Shown: piece after piece, positions 61,430-64,000 of the stretch | How positions within the stretch are numbered: the first letter of the stretch is position 1 | Layout of the letters: the number at the start of each line of letters is the position of its first letter | Assembly (NCBI GenBank): GCA_013239625.1 | Contig: MU054323.1 | Span: 9,579,186 to 9,643,185 of the forward strand | Reading direction: 5' to 3' | Origin: Lama guanicoe | Taxonomy: Eukaryota | Length of the DNA: 64,000 nt | Program-made: the position numbers and the translations under genes | Notes under the pieces: model-generated | What the model was told of the DNA's origin: nothing | Seen by the model: only the letters and a program-made list of their open reading frames with translations | Database searches by the model: none

Positions 61430-61585
61430 CAGGCACTGAGCTAGGCGCTCTGTGCTCTTACTGCATTTAATCCTCCTACCACTCTTGCGAAATAGATACT
61501 TGTTACCTTTTGCAGGTGAGTCAGCTGAGGCTTAGAGAAGTTCAATAACATGCCTAAAGTCACACAGCTACCGACATCAGAGCTG
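61430..61585 (-). mobile_element. MIR SINE
   Basis: aggcactgagctaggcgct...catttaatcctcct...ctgaggcttagagaagttcaataacatgcctaaagtcacacagcta. Confidence 0.75.
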
Positions 61586-62319
61586 CGGCCCAGGCCCGTC
61601 GGTGGGACACTGAAGCCCGTGGTTTTAATAGTCCCCAACCTGCTTTTGTGTGGCCTTAAGAAGCAGGCCTGCTCTCTCTTGCTCGGTGCCTCGGTGCCCC
61701 AGCAATACCAGGTTCATCAGTTGGAGAGGAGGCCTGGGGGCCTGGGGACCGGGGAACAGAATGGGAACAGAGAGTTCGCCTCCGTGAAGGCCAACCTATG
61801 TCTGACTGTGGGGTGGATGAGGCAGTGGCCAGGCCAGGACAGTGAGCTGTGGGCTCTTCATGGGTTACAAGCCACTCCCACCCCCACCAGTGGAGGGCTG
61901 TGGAATTTTCTCGAGAATGGCCTGGCCATTTTTCCAGAAGGGCCTCCTGAGACCCAGCCCCAGCCCATCAGGAGAGCAGGCCCAGTGATCTGAGGTCTCC
62001 AGCTCAGGGTGGACCAGGCCACACCCAAGAGCCTGGGGAGAGAGGCTGGCAGGGGCCTGGCCAGCCTGAGATGGAGGAGGGGAGGGCAGTGCCAGAACCC
62101 CTCTTCCCTCACCAGCACTGCTCAGGTGCTCAGCTGGGTGGCTGGGGGCAGGGGAAGGAGGTGGGCCAGGCCAAGTGTAGGCCAGGGAAGGGCTCAACCA
62201 TGGCTGTGCTGATCACTGTCCCCCACCTGACAGCCTCTGCCTGTGACTCAGACAGGCCTTGTCCCCTGGCTGCCAGCCCGGCCTCATCCTGGAGGCTTTG
62301 CCAGCCAAACACAGCTAAC

Positions 62320-62338
62320 TGGCGCCCTCTAGTGCCTG
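62320..62338 (-). promoter_or_regulatory. Candidate CTCF site
   Basis: Minus strand reads GCACTAGAGGGCGCCA, one mismatch to the CCACYAGRGGGCGC core. Confidence 0.5.
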
Positions 62339-64000
62339 CCTCTCACGGCCCAGTTGCCCGTCTTGGAAACGGCACATCACACACAGCTGCCCTGAGCCAG
62401 TCCCCAGACCTATCATATACCTCCCAAACAAGGACACTTCTGAGAGTGAGAGGGGGCTCTGTTGATAATGAGGTTGGGACAGCAGACAAAACGGGACTGT
62501 CCCAGGCAAGTCAGGGCATCTGATTGCCCCACTCCCCGTTGTAGCTACCAGAACCATCTCTGGGAGGTGTCCCATTTAGGTAAATGAGACCCCAATAGCA
62601 CGAGGCCTGGGAGAATAGGTGGTCAAGGAACGTGTGATGGATAAACAATGATCAGCTACACTTGGTTGTGGTAACCGCCAGTTCCATCTGGGCAGCAGGC
62701 AAGCTGCGTCCAAAGCTCGGTGTGAAGCAGAAGGAGGGCTCTGGTTCTGGAGTCTGGCGCAGAGCAGGAGGGCTGGTCGGGGGGCTAATGGAGCCAACCC
62801 CCACACATCAGCCTGTGACTAGTCAAGACATCCCTCCTCCTGCCATTTTGGGTCTTGCTGGGGCAAGAGAAGGACTTCTTGACTGGGTGGCCTCTTCCTT
62901 CTGGTTTTGCCGGGGGGGACCTCTGTCTCCCAGGTCGTCCTCCTCGTACCAGCTTCCAAGATGACCTCTGTTCTGCTGGGCGCCCTTGGTGACTAACACA
63001 GCAAGTGTGTGGGCCGCCGCCTGTCCTGGCTTCCACCCTTCCCCCTCCATTTCCTCATCACCGCCTCGTGGCTTCTCGGGGCAAGGCTTCAGGGAGGTGT
63101 GATAATGCTGACTCCGCGGGGCACCCTGACGTGGGCTGATGTAAGGTGGCCGGCATCTGTGACCCCTGCACCCAATAGGTCCCAGCGCAGGGACTACATC
63201 TTACCCTCGGGGAGCCGGCAGAGCTGTCATACATGCAGATAAACCTAGTGGAAAGCCCACGGGCCAGAGCCAGGGCAGAAGGACCAAAGCAGGCTTGGGA
63301 GTGCAAGAGGGCATGGTGCCTTAGGACCAGAAAGCCCAGAGAAGACCCTGCAGGATGGGAACAAAGGGTTTCCACAGGCGGATGTGGGGGGAGGGCCTGC
63401 TAGGGCGCAGTTTGCGGGGAGCTTAGGGGAAGGGCTCTGGGGTGGCACTCTGTGCATGTGTATAATTTGAAGAGACATGTAAGTGAATTTTACAAAGTCA
63501 GGCAGATTTAGGGGCTGGGCAAACTTCATTTTGAAGAGTTCTTGGCCTAGGGATGACTGGGCAGTTCTGATGCCTTGTGTGGGAAAGGGAAGAGAGCTTG
63601 GAGTTGGTTTTTGTGGTCCTCAAACCAGTTTGCCCACATCCTTGGCATCTGTGCTCAGGGAAGGACTTGTTTGGAGCCGTTCGTGTCTGGGCCTGCGGGG
63701 CAGAGTGCCTACATGAGGCCAGCGGTCTTCCCAGGAGCTCCCCCCGGGTCACTGGCCACTGCTGGAGTGGCCGGAGCGTCCGGCTCTGCCCGCTGTCCTC
63801 CTCCTGCTCCTCGCTCACCCCGCCCCTGCCCTGCAGCAGCCGCAGTCCACAGGTGCGGGCCGTGGGCTCAGCCCCACACAGGCTCCTGCCACAGCAGCTC
63901 TGCTTTCTGCACCGCCTTTTCTCTCCCCGGGGCCCTGGCTGTAACATAAGACTTCCTTCTCCTGCCCACACGAAGGGCTCTGCACAACCAGCCACAGACA

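Noticed and set aside
61501..61523. Recursive-splice-like ttaccttttgcag|GTGAGT
   Set aside because: A mutated MIR core (cccattttacagatgagg) outside any supported intron.

Overview
Mammalian genomic DNA. No recognisable Alu, B1, Bov-A, CHR, PRE-1 or Can-SINE was seen, and the young L1 3' ends suggest a laurasiatherian, possibly a camelid (inference). The window holds one complete protein-coding gene, FOSL2 (Fra-2, AP-1 bZIP factor), on the + strand. It has a CpG-island promoter near 9.4 kb, four phase-0 coding exons (10256-10357, 20164-20415, 24960-25067, 27488-28009; 327 aa) and a ~4.8 kb 3' UTR ending after AATAAA at 32774. The rest is intronic or intergenic DNA with old repeats (MIR, L2, L1M, MaLR/ERVL LTRs, MER5, MER58, Tigger). 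Almost all ORFs in the supplied track look spurious. The most unusual observation is an inverted repeat 1.7-3.2 kb downstream of the FOSL2 poly(A) site (34466-34593 vs 35864-35984). Its transition mismatches would all be G-U wobbles in a + strand RNA, making it a candidate read-through dsRNA hairpin. Repeat-family names and motif calls were made by eye and need tool confirmation.
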